DNA from: Antedon mediterranea
Lineage: Eukaryota; Animalia; Echinodermata
NCBI RefSeq assembly: GCF_964355755.1
Contig: NC_092671.1
Span: 14,446,001-14,510,000 of the forward strand
Reading direction: 5' to 3'
Length of the DNA stretch: 64,000 bases
The position numbers and the translations under genes are program-made. Position 1 is the first letter of the stretch; each line of letters starts with the position of its first letter. This document shows, in pieces, positions 33,261 to 43,760 of this stretch. A model generated the notes under the pieces. It did no database searches. It was not told the origin of the DNA and was given only the letters and a program-made list of their open reading frames with translations.

Positions 33261-34313
33261 CTGTAATAAAATGTCCATGGCAAAATGAATTAGATTTGTA
33301 TAACACAGCGTAAATAAACTTTTTATAATCTGAATGCATACGAATATGCCAACTGAAACATAACTAACAAGAAATATTTCTTACAAAAAACGCTGCTCGC
33401 TTATTGAAAAATATTTTTTATTTCAAATGTTTTTGAATGTGTCATTTTATTGTCACATAATAGTTATTTTACCTGAAAAAATGTAATTTAAAGCAACAAA
33501 TATTTAAATTGTCTGTCAGACAATGGTTTTTGGGTTTCTTTTCTCTTTTTATATGTAAATAAATATTGTTTTTGTGTTACAGAAGTGAATACTCAATTTC
33601 TGTCACTTTAGTTAATTTTATTGCTAAGGTCAAGTCTGGGGGTCACTTCATCACCCTAGATATTTCAAGTGTGAAGTATCCTATTACAAACACAAACTTT
33701 AATGGACTGTTTCGATAATAATTCAATGAATATCTGACAGTGAATATACCAGAAATGCTTTGGGATTTGTAATTTTAGCATGACATGTCCTAATAGACTC
33801 TTTTCCCAGACGTTTTTGGGGTCTACAGTAGCAGCTGGAAATCTATAAATTATAGTGGAGTTTCCATTTTCGCAAAAATTGTCGTCCTTAGAACTATAAC
33901 TGCTGCTTGCTTTAGCTTCTGATTGAGTAGTCCTAATGGGACGTAGCGGGCTAGAGCAGCAGCGTGAAAAGTCAATTTACGACCTGATGTTAATGAGGTC
34001 GGCTTCTTCTTCTTTTTAAACTTTTTTACCTCAAGAACTCCAATGGAAATAAACCTGAGTTATTTGTTTTCTTGGACGATCCTGATCGAAATCACCTTTT
34101 CTCACCCTTTTTATCTCTTTTGAATTTGTAATGGTTTTTAATTTTTTAGTTTTTATTCGGTTTTAGATTTTTTAAAAATATTGTTATATTTGTTTTATAT
34201 GTTGTTTTTAATACTGTTTTATTCATGAACTTAAAACTTGTGATTTTGATCAAATAAATGAATGAATGAACTAAATAAATGAACAAAATGAACAGTTAAT
34301 ATATAGCCCTTAC

Positions 34314-34394
34314 TTAATGTGCAGAATTATGTTTTGCCAAGCCAAACGGTGCTTGGCACAAACGTGTGTAGGAGACCATACAAGACCTAAACAT
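34314..34394 (-). other. Proximal first exon of thioesterase copy C, with a 1-bp insertion creating TAA at the exon end
   Basis: 81 nt versus 80 nt in copies A and B. Reads MFRSCMVSYTRLCQAPFGLAKHNSAH* directly before the GTAAG donor. Confidence 0.8.
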
Positions 34395-36185
34395 GTTTGT
34401 ACGTTTAATTGTATACATAACGAGAAGCAATAATTGGTTTAAAAAAAAAAGTACCTGTATATTTATTTTGTTAAATTTCTTATTTAATGACAGGTACGTC
34501 ATTTTGTTTATTTCAAAACAGTTAATGTTAATCAGACATGCGATTGCATGCTGAATTCAATATGGAAACCATAATACTGTGTAATATGTGGAAAATTCTC
34601 TTGTTTGGCAAGTCCAGTCAAAGTTTTCGATCAAAATTATTATATCTCATAATGCAACGCGTTTGTTTGGCTACTCTGTATGCATAATCATACAACTTCC
34701 TCGCGATCTGTGTGAAAACACCTTCATGACAAGTTGTAAACAATCTTAATTAGCACCATGCATAATGCATACTCGAGGTTTGAAATCTTTGTTTACTTTC
34801 GTTCGCGACAATTTTCCAGACGAAATGTAATCAAATTAATTTACCTGTAGGCTAATTATGTAAACTTGTTGTTTTTGGCTAGAATTTTCGACTTAAAGTG
34901 AATAACTTTAATATTACTTTGATATGGCTATTTTAAATTTAGAATATTTTGACCTTCATTTTTTGTGTTTCAAGGGACAATACCATACATCTTTAATTAT
35001 TTCAGATGTGTCTTTCAGCATTTGGCTCTTTTTTATTCGGCCCATCTACCACCATTATATTCGGCGCTCTTTATGATTCGGCCCTTTCTGCATTACGTTC
35101 GGCTCTTTTTTAATCGGCCTTTTTTATACGTCGCAATTAAAATGTAACCTTTGACATGGGATCAAATGGAAGAAAATCAACGGCTGGAAATGAGTCTATG
35201 AAAGGTTTACAAACATTTCATTATCATGACGCCAACCACCATGTGTAGCCAACCGATTAAAGATGTGTTGAATAACCTAAATTTAAGTCATCTTTTAACA
35301 CATTTTGAGAAAGAAAGGGTAAATTATTAATATTAAATGTTAGCCTAGGCCATAAATCAAACATTTTCTCTCTCAAAATGGTCAATAGAACTAAAGTTTA
35401 ATGGCGTTCCATATTAAGCTCTTTCAGGATGTTGTTTACTTGGTTGAGTAGGCCTACTTATTTAACGGAGTATTTTGAGCGTTATGAGATTGTTCTTAAC
35501 GAACAAGCACGAATGTGCAATACTCGGGGTACAGGGTAAAAGAAGCTGTAATGACGTCATAAGACGGGATGTAACGTCACATACACATCAATAACCTCGC
35601 TACCAAATACGGCTATATTCCGAAAAGTTACGTCACATAACCGGAAATAATAATTACGGTAAATTATGAAATCTGATTTTTGCACAATATCATTAAATAG
35701 GTTTTACTGTATATATTCTTATTCTCCCAAGTCAAGCCAAGTTGAAATGACACCAAACACGGCTATATTACGACGAAAATCTTTGGCACCAAGGTGCCAT
35801 CTTCAAGACGTCATATGGCTGCATCCAGTTAGCACGGCGCTGAAACAATGTATATTCAAAAGTGAAAGTACTTTTTTTTACGCTTTTTTCCCTAATTTTT
35901 TTTCGCGTAAAGGACTAGTAGGACTTGAAAGTTGGCTCAATAGTGTCCAGATGGAAGAAGAAGAGGAAGAGGAGAAGTACTCCGAGTTAAAAAATGCGTT
36001 TTAAACGTTTTCTATTCGAATAACGTTCTGTTGAGCACACATTTACAATTTGAATACAAAAATACTCAACGAATGTTTACGTTGACAACGAAAGTTCCAG
36101 TTCGAATACGACAATTGACGACCTGATGTCAATGAGGTCGGCTAACTAAATAAATGAACAAAATGAACAGTTAATGTATACTTAC

Positions 36186-36265
36186 TTATGTGCAGAATTA
36201 TGTTTTGCCAAGCCAAACGGTGCTTGGCACAAACGTGTGTAGGAGACCATACGAGACATAAACAT
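36186..36265 (-). CDS. Orphan, intact fourth copy of the thioesterase first exon (MFMSRMVSYTRLCQAPFGLAKHNSAH-K)
   Basis: 80 nt with an ATG and a GTAAGT donor in phase 2, compatible with the exon-2 acceptor of copy C at 33260. Confidence 0.6.
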
Positions 36266-36494
36266 GTTTGTACGTTTAATTGTATACATCACGAGAAGCA
36301 ATAATTGATTAAAAAAAAAAGTACCTGTATATTTATTTTATATATATATATAGGAGACCATACGAGACATAAACATGTTTATATTATTTTATTTATATAT
36401 ATAAAATAAATATACAGGTACAAACATGTTTAGGTCTTGTATGGTCTCCTACACACGTTTGTGCCAAGCACCGAGGTCCCGCTTCGTGAATAAA

Positions 36495-36983
36495 AATAGA
36501 TGAGGGTGAATCAATTTGATCTCTGGTGCGCGTGCGTACAATTGAGGACTAGTGCTGTTCCGCCGTACCACGCCGAGGGTCCCGTGGTCTAATGGTTAGG
36601 CCAGCTGCATATCAAGCAGACGGTCCGAGTCTTTATCGTTTCAAATTAATTAATTAAATTTCAGTACATCACCGGGCGGTTTAAAATTAACATATTTACA
36701 TATATAAAAATATCTCTTCGGAGAATAAAAATACTGAATAGATGAGGGTGTATCAATTTGATCTCTGTTGCGCGTGCGTACAATTGAGGACTGGTGCTGT
36801 TCCGCCGTACCACGCCGAGAGTGTGAAAGAGTCGCTATCCAATTGAGTTTGAACAATACCATGAAAGCCCCAGGTCTAATAGTTAGGACAGCTGCGTATC
36901 AAGCAGACGGTCTGAGTCTCGGTTGGGGCTTTTTCTCATTCTCACAGATTTCTTCATCTTTATCGTTTCAAATTAATTAATTA
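36495..36983 (+). repeat. Local direct duplication containing two degenerate tRNA-like sequences (about 36578-36631 and 36867-36929)
   Basis: AATAGATGAGGGTG.ATCAATTTGATCTCTG.TGCGCGTGCGTACAATTGAGGAC...CCACGCCGAG occurs twice. Each is followed by A-box-like GGTCTAAT.GTTAGG and a CTGC-loop-GCAG anticodon-like stem. The second copy has a GCCCCA/TGGGGC acceptor-like stem and a T5 run, but the T-arm GTTCGA is missing. Confidence 0.65.
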
Positions 36984-37489
36984 CATTTTAGTAAAGTATA
37001 TAAATAGCTGAAATGAATTACTTGTTTCTGGATCTCAGCATGTGCTGGATCCGGAGTCGAGGCTATGCCTATAAGCCCTCTTGAAAATGACATCATATCT
37101 CAAAAACCACCAATTTTAAAGGGTGGTTGGTCCATGCCTGTTCGACTTGAATTTTTTATCTTGAACATACTTCCCCCGTGACGTTACATCCGGTCTTATG
37201 ACGTCATTACAGCTTCTTTTGCTGTACCCCCCCCCCCCCTCGCACTTGTTTATCTTTAGCTAAACGCTCTGCCACCACATGGTGCAATTATATATTTATT
37301 TATTTATCTATTTCCTTTATTGCATCAAGTAAACAGTGATGAAGTTGACATAAATATAATAATAAATATATAATAATTTTGTATTGTTAGATTTTAAGAT
37401 TTATATATATTTTTATTGGTATAGTTTATTCCATTCTGTAAGGGGCGGGTTTCCCGCTGTTGAATGAGTTTGAATAAAATAAAATATAT

Positions 37490-38080
37490 TAAAAAAAACA
37501 TAGTATAACACAGTCCAAACAAGTAATACTAAAATATATCATAGTCCACAAATTAGTCTTTCAATGACCATCATAGTACATCCAGTAACACAAACCAAAA
37601 GGGGTTCACAATTTGCTTATCATAACTCAGTTTCTGATCATTCACCAATCATTGAAAACTCCGTGGAAAGTAATGAAGTTTTTTTGTGCGTTGTGTCCGG
37701 ACTTCGGGTAGGGTGAACGATCTAATGCGTCGGAGCTGATGGTTGTGTGTGGGAGGTTTAGGTAAGAGAGAGTGTAATCTATGATCTTCTTTTTTCATTT
37801 TATCAAAGAATTTTCTTGACAACTTCTCGCGGCGTTCAGATAGAGTGATGATGTTAAGGTATCTGCGGGTATCAGCATACGAGGTACCATCGGGGCATAT
37901 TATGTTACACGCTCTTCTTTGGACATGTTCAATTTGGTCAGATTGTGCTTTGGATAAACTCGGGGACCAAACAGCACAGGCATATTCGAGAACAGGTCGT
38001 ATCACTGCTTAATAGTATCGGAGCAGTTCCAGTCTATCTAAGCCAGACCTCTTGAGTTGTTTAAGAAAAAACAACCTTGG
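37490..38080 (-). mobile_element. 5'-truncated LINE (CR1/L2 group) RT C-terminus and 3' UTR
   Basis: Translation RLFFLKQLKRSGL..LLRYY*AVIRPVLEYACAVWSPSLSKAQSDQIEHVQRRA...TLSERRE...HRLHSLLP is a typical post-RT LINE block, with an in-frame stop at 38009-38011. Confidence 0.88.
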
Positions 38081-38501
38081 ATGCGATTGTAAATGAACCG
38101 AAATGTTGAATGCTCAGTAATTATGTAGAATTGACACTTTTAAAAACCTTATGAGGCGTAGACACCGATCATTGTTCACATTTAGTGATTGAAAAATATA
38201 CAGTACACCTTTCAGATTGCCTAGAAAAATTCTAGAATTTACTAACACACACCAGGACCTAAACAGAAGTGTGTGTATGGTGTGCCATGTGTGTGAAAAC
38301 TCCCTAGTTATATGTTTAATTAATCTCAAACTGAGAATAACATACGGCAATGAAACAAAAACTATGAATAAAAACAGTATTACACATGGATTGTCTTTTC
38401 ATTATTCTTTTATTCCAATAGCAAGTTGTTTAACTGCAAAATGGTATTTAAATATTATTTCTGCTGTAGGCCTAGTAGTTTTTTTGAAATTATTTTCCTG
38501 T

Positions 38502-41500
38502 CTAATACAAGCGTTGTGGTTTTCCCATTGTGCTCTTGATGTACAATGAACGTACATTTTGCCAGTTTTTCTTCAACAGCGACACCAAGAAGTTGATAGC
38601 AAGACTGATGTTGGCAACAAGCTCATCATCAGTCAACTCAATATGGCCGACAGCAACAGCAAGACACAGAACCTAACAAGAAACAAAAAATAACTGTATG
38701 GATAAAGAAAGTTCACATAAAACCAAACATTGGAGGTTCAAGGTACAGAATATTTTCAGTTCATTGGGTTAGAATAGTGAATACACGCTGTATTACCAAT
38801 GTTTTCGATCATATAATTTGTCTGTAGGTTTCGTCTCGAACAGTCACTTGTCTAACTGTGCAAGATAGCGACATACAGTTTAATATTTGCAGTCTTTCTT
38901 GCCTTAAGATGGCATAAAAGGCCAACATGGCATTAATATTAAGGTGTCAATTAGACTGCAAGAAACAACAATGACATTGAAAATGTGTTTATACCTTTTT
39001 CATCTGAAACTTAATGGTGGCTTTGACTTCTTCCACTTTGTTGGTCAATGGCTCTTGATGAGACACAAGGGTAGGGAATTTTCCTGCCTTGTTCAAACCA
39101 GGCCCAAGAAGCTTGGGAATCTGCTTGATGAGCGAGTCTGAAGCAAGGAAAGCATCATATTTCTTGGCTGCAAAACAAATGAATCCAGATCTCCAGTTCT
39201 AATAGTGTTTAATGTTGTTCTATGGGAAAAAGTACTATTTTGGGGGCATGTTTGTAGGTTTCGTCTCGAACAGTCACTTGTCTAACTGTGCAAGATAGCG
39301 ACATACAGTTTAATGTTTGCAGTCTTTCTTGCTTAAGTTGACATAAAAGGCCAACATGGCATTAATAATAAGGTGTCGATTAGACTGCAAATATAATGTA
39401 TTCAAGCAATACCTCAACAAACAAGATAATGAATCAATATTACTATTTATAGGCAAACAGATGTTATGGTAATTAATATGATTACTCTAGTACAACTTTT
39501 TATACCAACAAAACTGAGTTTCTTGAATAATATTTTTAATTATAATAATTTTAAATAAGTTTACAGCCATAACCGTAATCTAATACTTTCAACAATTTTT
39601 AGTACCTAATTTTTTGACCAGTTTCTTGTTTTTGTTAAGCTTTTTCAATGAGTCCGCATTCATGCATGGAAAGCCAAGATCTTGGGCCTCATCACAATGT
39701 TGTTGATCTCCAAGAATACAGATTGAGAACTTTGGTCTTGGAACCTTGTGCAACCTAAAGAAAGAGTTACAATTTGTAGCCAGATTATAATCACACTAGA
39801 TAAGGTAATTCATTCATTAGATGTCTATTAGATATGGCAATATTCACTGCATATTATACATACAGTCGACCTTCTCATTTACACATTTCTCAATTACACG
39901 CCGTTTGAACAATGACGTCATCAGCCAATTAAAAAAAATAACATAAAACTTTTACATACAGGTACAGTACCTACTAAAGTATTATCTTCTTAATTCATTA
40001 AATTATCCCAAAACAATTATTTAAAAAAATGAAAAAATTAATAAAGCAAAGGTTATTACACACGTATTCTGTTTATTTCGAGTTTAAAAGTTGTCTAGGC
40101 CTAGATTAAAAAGTCAGTGGCCTTGGCCGTTTGGTCTAGGCCTAAGCTAGTGGTCAGGAGATCATCATCCCCACTGTTGGAGTGCATGAAAAGCACCCTG
40201 CACATGTTTTTGAAAAAAATCAAAGATTGATCGCGAACTTTAAAAAGGCTACACACTATGACCACACTGTAAATTCTGTTTGGTTTGTGCATGTTTTTAC
40301 GATATAAAAAAACACTTGACTCTTATAACAATTTTAAACTTTGTTGTCAGCCTTTCTGGGAATTCCATTTTACTTGCTGTCCGATCCACACTAGATTCTA
40401 GTAGCTTTCAAAATGTAAAATATATGCGGATTTGATATTATTAATTCAAGAACAGGTTTGTAAATTACAGTTTGTATCAAAATGTGCAATAGGCCTATAA
40501 AAAAAGTCAACGATGGAATTTTGGTACAGAGAATGAGTGTAACAAAAAGCAGAAATATTATTAATGTTTTTGGCAGTCAAAGTGTTAATTTACATTGTTT
40601 TATACTGTATTTGTTTTAATATTGCTTTATTGTTCTTCTCACTATACTATGCACAGTAATACATAGTCAAAGGTCTTTGTTTGGGCATGTTTTTACCTCT
40701 GGTTTTAATAGAGGGCGCTTTTTTCCGAACCTTTTCATTTACGAACGCCTCTCAGACCAAGGGGTACGTAAATGAGAAGGTCGACTGTACTACTATTACT
40801 GAATTATTGTACAACTTATTAAAAATCGACATTGTGATTAGTTCACACTTCCATAAATGACAATTGGCCATTCATTACTATACTGTACAGTAGAACCTCC
40901 ATTTTACGTACGGTACGGGACCGAAAGGCGTACGTAAAACAAAGGATTCGTAAAATCAAGGTTGACCTTAAATTGACCCCAAATACGTAGCGATCGTAGC
41001 TGGCCGTGTTTGCCTTCTGTACATTATGCAGGTGGTCACTAGCTAGGCCTTGCCTAGACTATTCAGGCCAGGCTAGCAGGCCTAGCAAGATGTGAAGCCT
41101 AACTAGAAAAGTACAGTATATACAGGCTGTGCGATGTTTAAATAAAGTGTAAAATATAATTGTTTTCTATAAAAAAAACCAGTCGCTGCTTTATGGGGAA
41201 TGCACGTGCGTAGCTTGTCCCACACACAGCAGAATTCCTCACACAGCCATGCTTGTGGCTTTGTTGTTGTTAAATTGCGCCCTCAATGTAAGAAAATGAC
41301 ATGACGTCATCGGTTATTTTTAGCGTACGTAAAATCGAGGGAACATAAAATCAGGGTACGTAAAACACAGGTTCTACTGTACTTGGTAATTTTATTCAAT
41401 GCGCTATTCTCAGTTTAGTTTCTCTTCAAATATTTTTAAGATAAGACATGCATATACATCATTGAATAGCGCATTAATTATTGGTTGCATCGATCCAACT

Positions 41501-41832
41501 TGCAACAAAACCAATCTACCTGTACTTGTTGCACAACCTAATTATTTAACTAGTTTAGTGGCGGCCCTTTCTTAGCCTACCCAATTATTTTAAGACCCTG
41601 GGTGAGGGTCCGCCTGAACACGACATCCAGGCTACCTGGCTTAATGTCAGGTTGTAATTAAAGATGGCAGCTTCCATACTTGACAGTGCCGGAGAAACGT
41701 TTGTCCTTCTGAGGATCGTAGTTCTTCAAGTTGATCTGGAGTTCAACGGTCTCAACAAATTTCCGCTTCTTATCCTTGCTGCCCTGGATGATTGCAGCTA
41801 CTGCATCATATATGGAGTCTCTTGATACCTTA
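38502..41832 (-). CDS. RPL10A: 60S ribosomal protein L10a (uL1), exons 2-5; the start-codon exon lies upstream
   Basis: Exons 41832-41680, 39754-39606, 39167-38995 and 38672-38502. They encode [11 protein letters not shown]...[41 protein letters not shown]...[31 protein letters not shown]...[10 protein letters not shown]...[29 protein letters not shown] (minus strand) lies at 38409-38414. Confidence 0.98.
38816..38961 (-). ncRNA. Intronic box H/ACA snoRNA candidate, copy 1 (last intron of RPL10A)
   Basis: Hairpin TTGCAGTCT...AGACTGCAA, H box ATATTA, second hairpin CTGTA...TACAG, then ACA plus 3 nt. It is sense to the host gene and nearly identical to copy 2, while the flanking intron sequence is unrelated. 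Confidence 0.85.
39246..39390 (-). ncRNA. Intronic box H/ACA snoRNA candidate, copy 2 (preceding RPL10A intron)
   Basis: Same fold as copy 1, with H box ACATTA (the change is at an N position) and a terminal ACAtgc. Confidence 0.85.
39863..40787. mobile_element. pogo/Tigger-like MITE
   Basis: 20-bp TIR CAGTCGACCTTCTCATTTAC with TA on both flanks. Confidence 0.9.
40888..41379. mobile_element. pogo/Tigger-like MITE
   Basis: TIR CAGTAGAACCT...TTTTACGTAC, TA flanks, and subterminal CGTAAAA repeats. Confidence 0.85.
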
Positions 41833-42487
41833 CTGGAAAAAAAAAGTAAAATATATCTGAAATAAATGCTTGCCAAATTGGTAGGGTTATCGTGAGTCGA
41901 CGCCATTGTTATTGAAAAAATTCAATGAATCGGGACATTTTTATAGCAATTTGTTTTATGTATTTTACATTTTTTTAGTAATTTTTTTTATATATTATAA
42001 TATATAAAATAAATTATTATAAAAATGTAAATTTATATGCAATTATTATTTCTAAAAATCTGGGAGATTGTAATTTGTTTAATATTAGGGATAACGATGC
42101 AAAATTAAAAGTTGTTATTTTTAAACCAATTTAAATATTATATGTTAGTATTTTGTTTCAATATTCCAATAAAGAAAGAATTACGAAAATCTGACTTGTA
42201 GTTTTCGAAATATAGGGTATAAAACATCGCCGAAAATGATCGTTTTTGGCCACGAACGTTGTAAACAAATTGCGCCCTCAGTCAACAATTGTATGAACCA
42301 CACCATTTTTCGCTAAAATAATTACATATAATTACGTTTTATAGTAATTTATTTTATATATCAACATTGGAAATATCAATAAAATATATTATTAAATGTT
42401 TACAAAATATATAAAGTTGTTTATTTAACGGAATTCGTACAAATTCATTGCTCTAAATTTGTGTAGTAACGATCAGTACAGACAGAC

Positions 42488-42630
42488 CATGTGACTTCGC
42501 AGTACACGCGAGAGAAAACATTCCGCTGTGGGTGATTCGCGTCCACCAATCAAATAGCCAGAATCCAAAATCATTCAACCGTGAGCTCTGCCGATCGCGG
42601 GAAATCTCAGCTTTGATTGGATTACGATGA
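42488..42630 (-). promoter_or_regulatory. Candidate RPL10A promoter and 5'-TOP first exon
   Basis: The minus strand reads TTTTCTCTCGCGTGTACTGCGAAGTCAC-ATG-GTCTGT, a pyrimidine-rich start near 42518 with ATG at 42490. Two CCAAT boxes (about 42546 and 42617) sit in a CpG-rich patch upstream. Confidence 0.6.
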
Positions 42631-43392
42631 CATATCACAAAATGGTGGTTTTGTAGTTGAGCCTCACGTAATTTTCACAATTTTATTTCAAAAATGAAAT
42701 AAATAGACCTTCTTTATGGTATGTCTGATTTTTCTCTAAAAGATTTGAATAATAAAGGCTTCATATCGAGAAAAAACCGTTTTTTTGGCACTTATCATAA
42801 ATATTTCTCAGAGCCTCTCATGACCTGGGATTTGTTTAACTACAAAAACAAGGTTGAATAGGGTAAGGTCACTGGACCGTTTGAAGGTTTTTGAGTAAAC
42901 AATCTACCGCGTATAGTCGTACGCGCTAGACAGTACGATATTTTAACCACATTTTTTACATGTTTGGTTGAATGTAATGAAGATAAAAAATAGTTGATCT
43001 TATGGAATGATATGTAAATAAATAAATACTCAAAAGAATTATGTTTACAGTTCAATTATTTTCAGAATAATACTACATAAAAATGTGTTTACCAATGGAC
43101 AAATAATCGCGTCAATGACATAGCGCGCATGGTAACGTACGCGGAGTTGAATCGTGGCAATAACAATGGAGTCAACTCTCGGTAACCCTATTAATATCGC
43201 TCGGGTGGCTAAACAAAATTTTTGGCAATGTTTTAGGTCCTATATTTAAAAAATATTTTATTTCATCATTACCCCAAAGTCTCTCTAAAAAAAAAAGTTA
43301 GTGAAAAAAGGCTTGTTTATACTTATAAAATGCATATAAAAGCCTATAAATATAAGTGGGCCGAATCGTCTCAGAGATAACGACTAGCAAAA

Positions 43393-43407
43393 CCGCTAGA
43401 GGGCAGC
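43393..43407 (+). promoter_or_regulatory. CTCF-consensus site in the RPL10A/USP47 divergent promoter interval
   Basis: CCGCTAGAGGGCAGC matches the CCRSYAGRKGGCRS core at every position. Confidence 0.55.
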
Positions 43408-43499
43408 AGACATCTTTAGGGAATAGACAAGTGTGACCCTTAACCTGTTAAAAACGGGTCAACTTGCGCATGAATTTACGAACTCTGGCTATTCAGAAA

Positions 43500-43760
43500 A
43501 AACGAATGACTGTACGATCTTCTCCGGAAAATTCCGATGAAAAATTTGAAATTCCTTTGCCCACATGTCTTCGCGATGACATTTTATTTTGGGCTCGAAA
43601 TGTTAGTAAAATCAGAAAAAATCGAAAACATGCCTAATATTTTGGGATTTTGCTTATAATATATTTTAGATATATTTATATTTTAACAGTGTACGCCTTT
43701 GGTTTTATATAAATATCACCTATATTGGATCGCAAAAGGTTTTAAATCACCTGATGCTAG
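43500..43760 (+). other. Probable non-coding first exon of USP47 (5' boundary unknown)
   Basis: Strong donor TAG|GTGAGT at 43761 in a CpG-rich region, with a CRE (TGACGTCA) at 43795. The ATG exon has its own acceptor at 46722. Confidence 0.5.

Larger units (their letters stand above)
35502..37250. mobile_element. Segment bounded by ~55-bp inverted repeats (possible non-autonomous DNA transposon carrying cargo)
   Basis: GGGGTACAG..AAAAGAAGCTGTAATGACGTCATAAGAC.GGATGTAACGTCAC at 35526-35580 is inverted at 37178-37230, with outer AACAAG/CTTGTT at 35502 and 37250. No clear TSD. Confidence 0.6.

Noticed and set aside
35666-36004. 112-aa ORF with a poly-Glu stretch
   Set aside because: No recognisable domain; the Glu run comes from a GAA/GAG microsatellite within a repeat.
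41833-41906. ORF-track N-terminal extension of RPL10A (MASTHDNPT...)
   Set aside because: It runs through a polypyrimidine tract and acceptor, so it is intron sequence. The ATG sits in a YY1-like AATGGCG motif.
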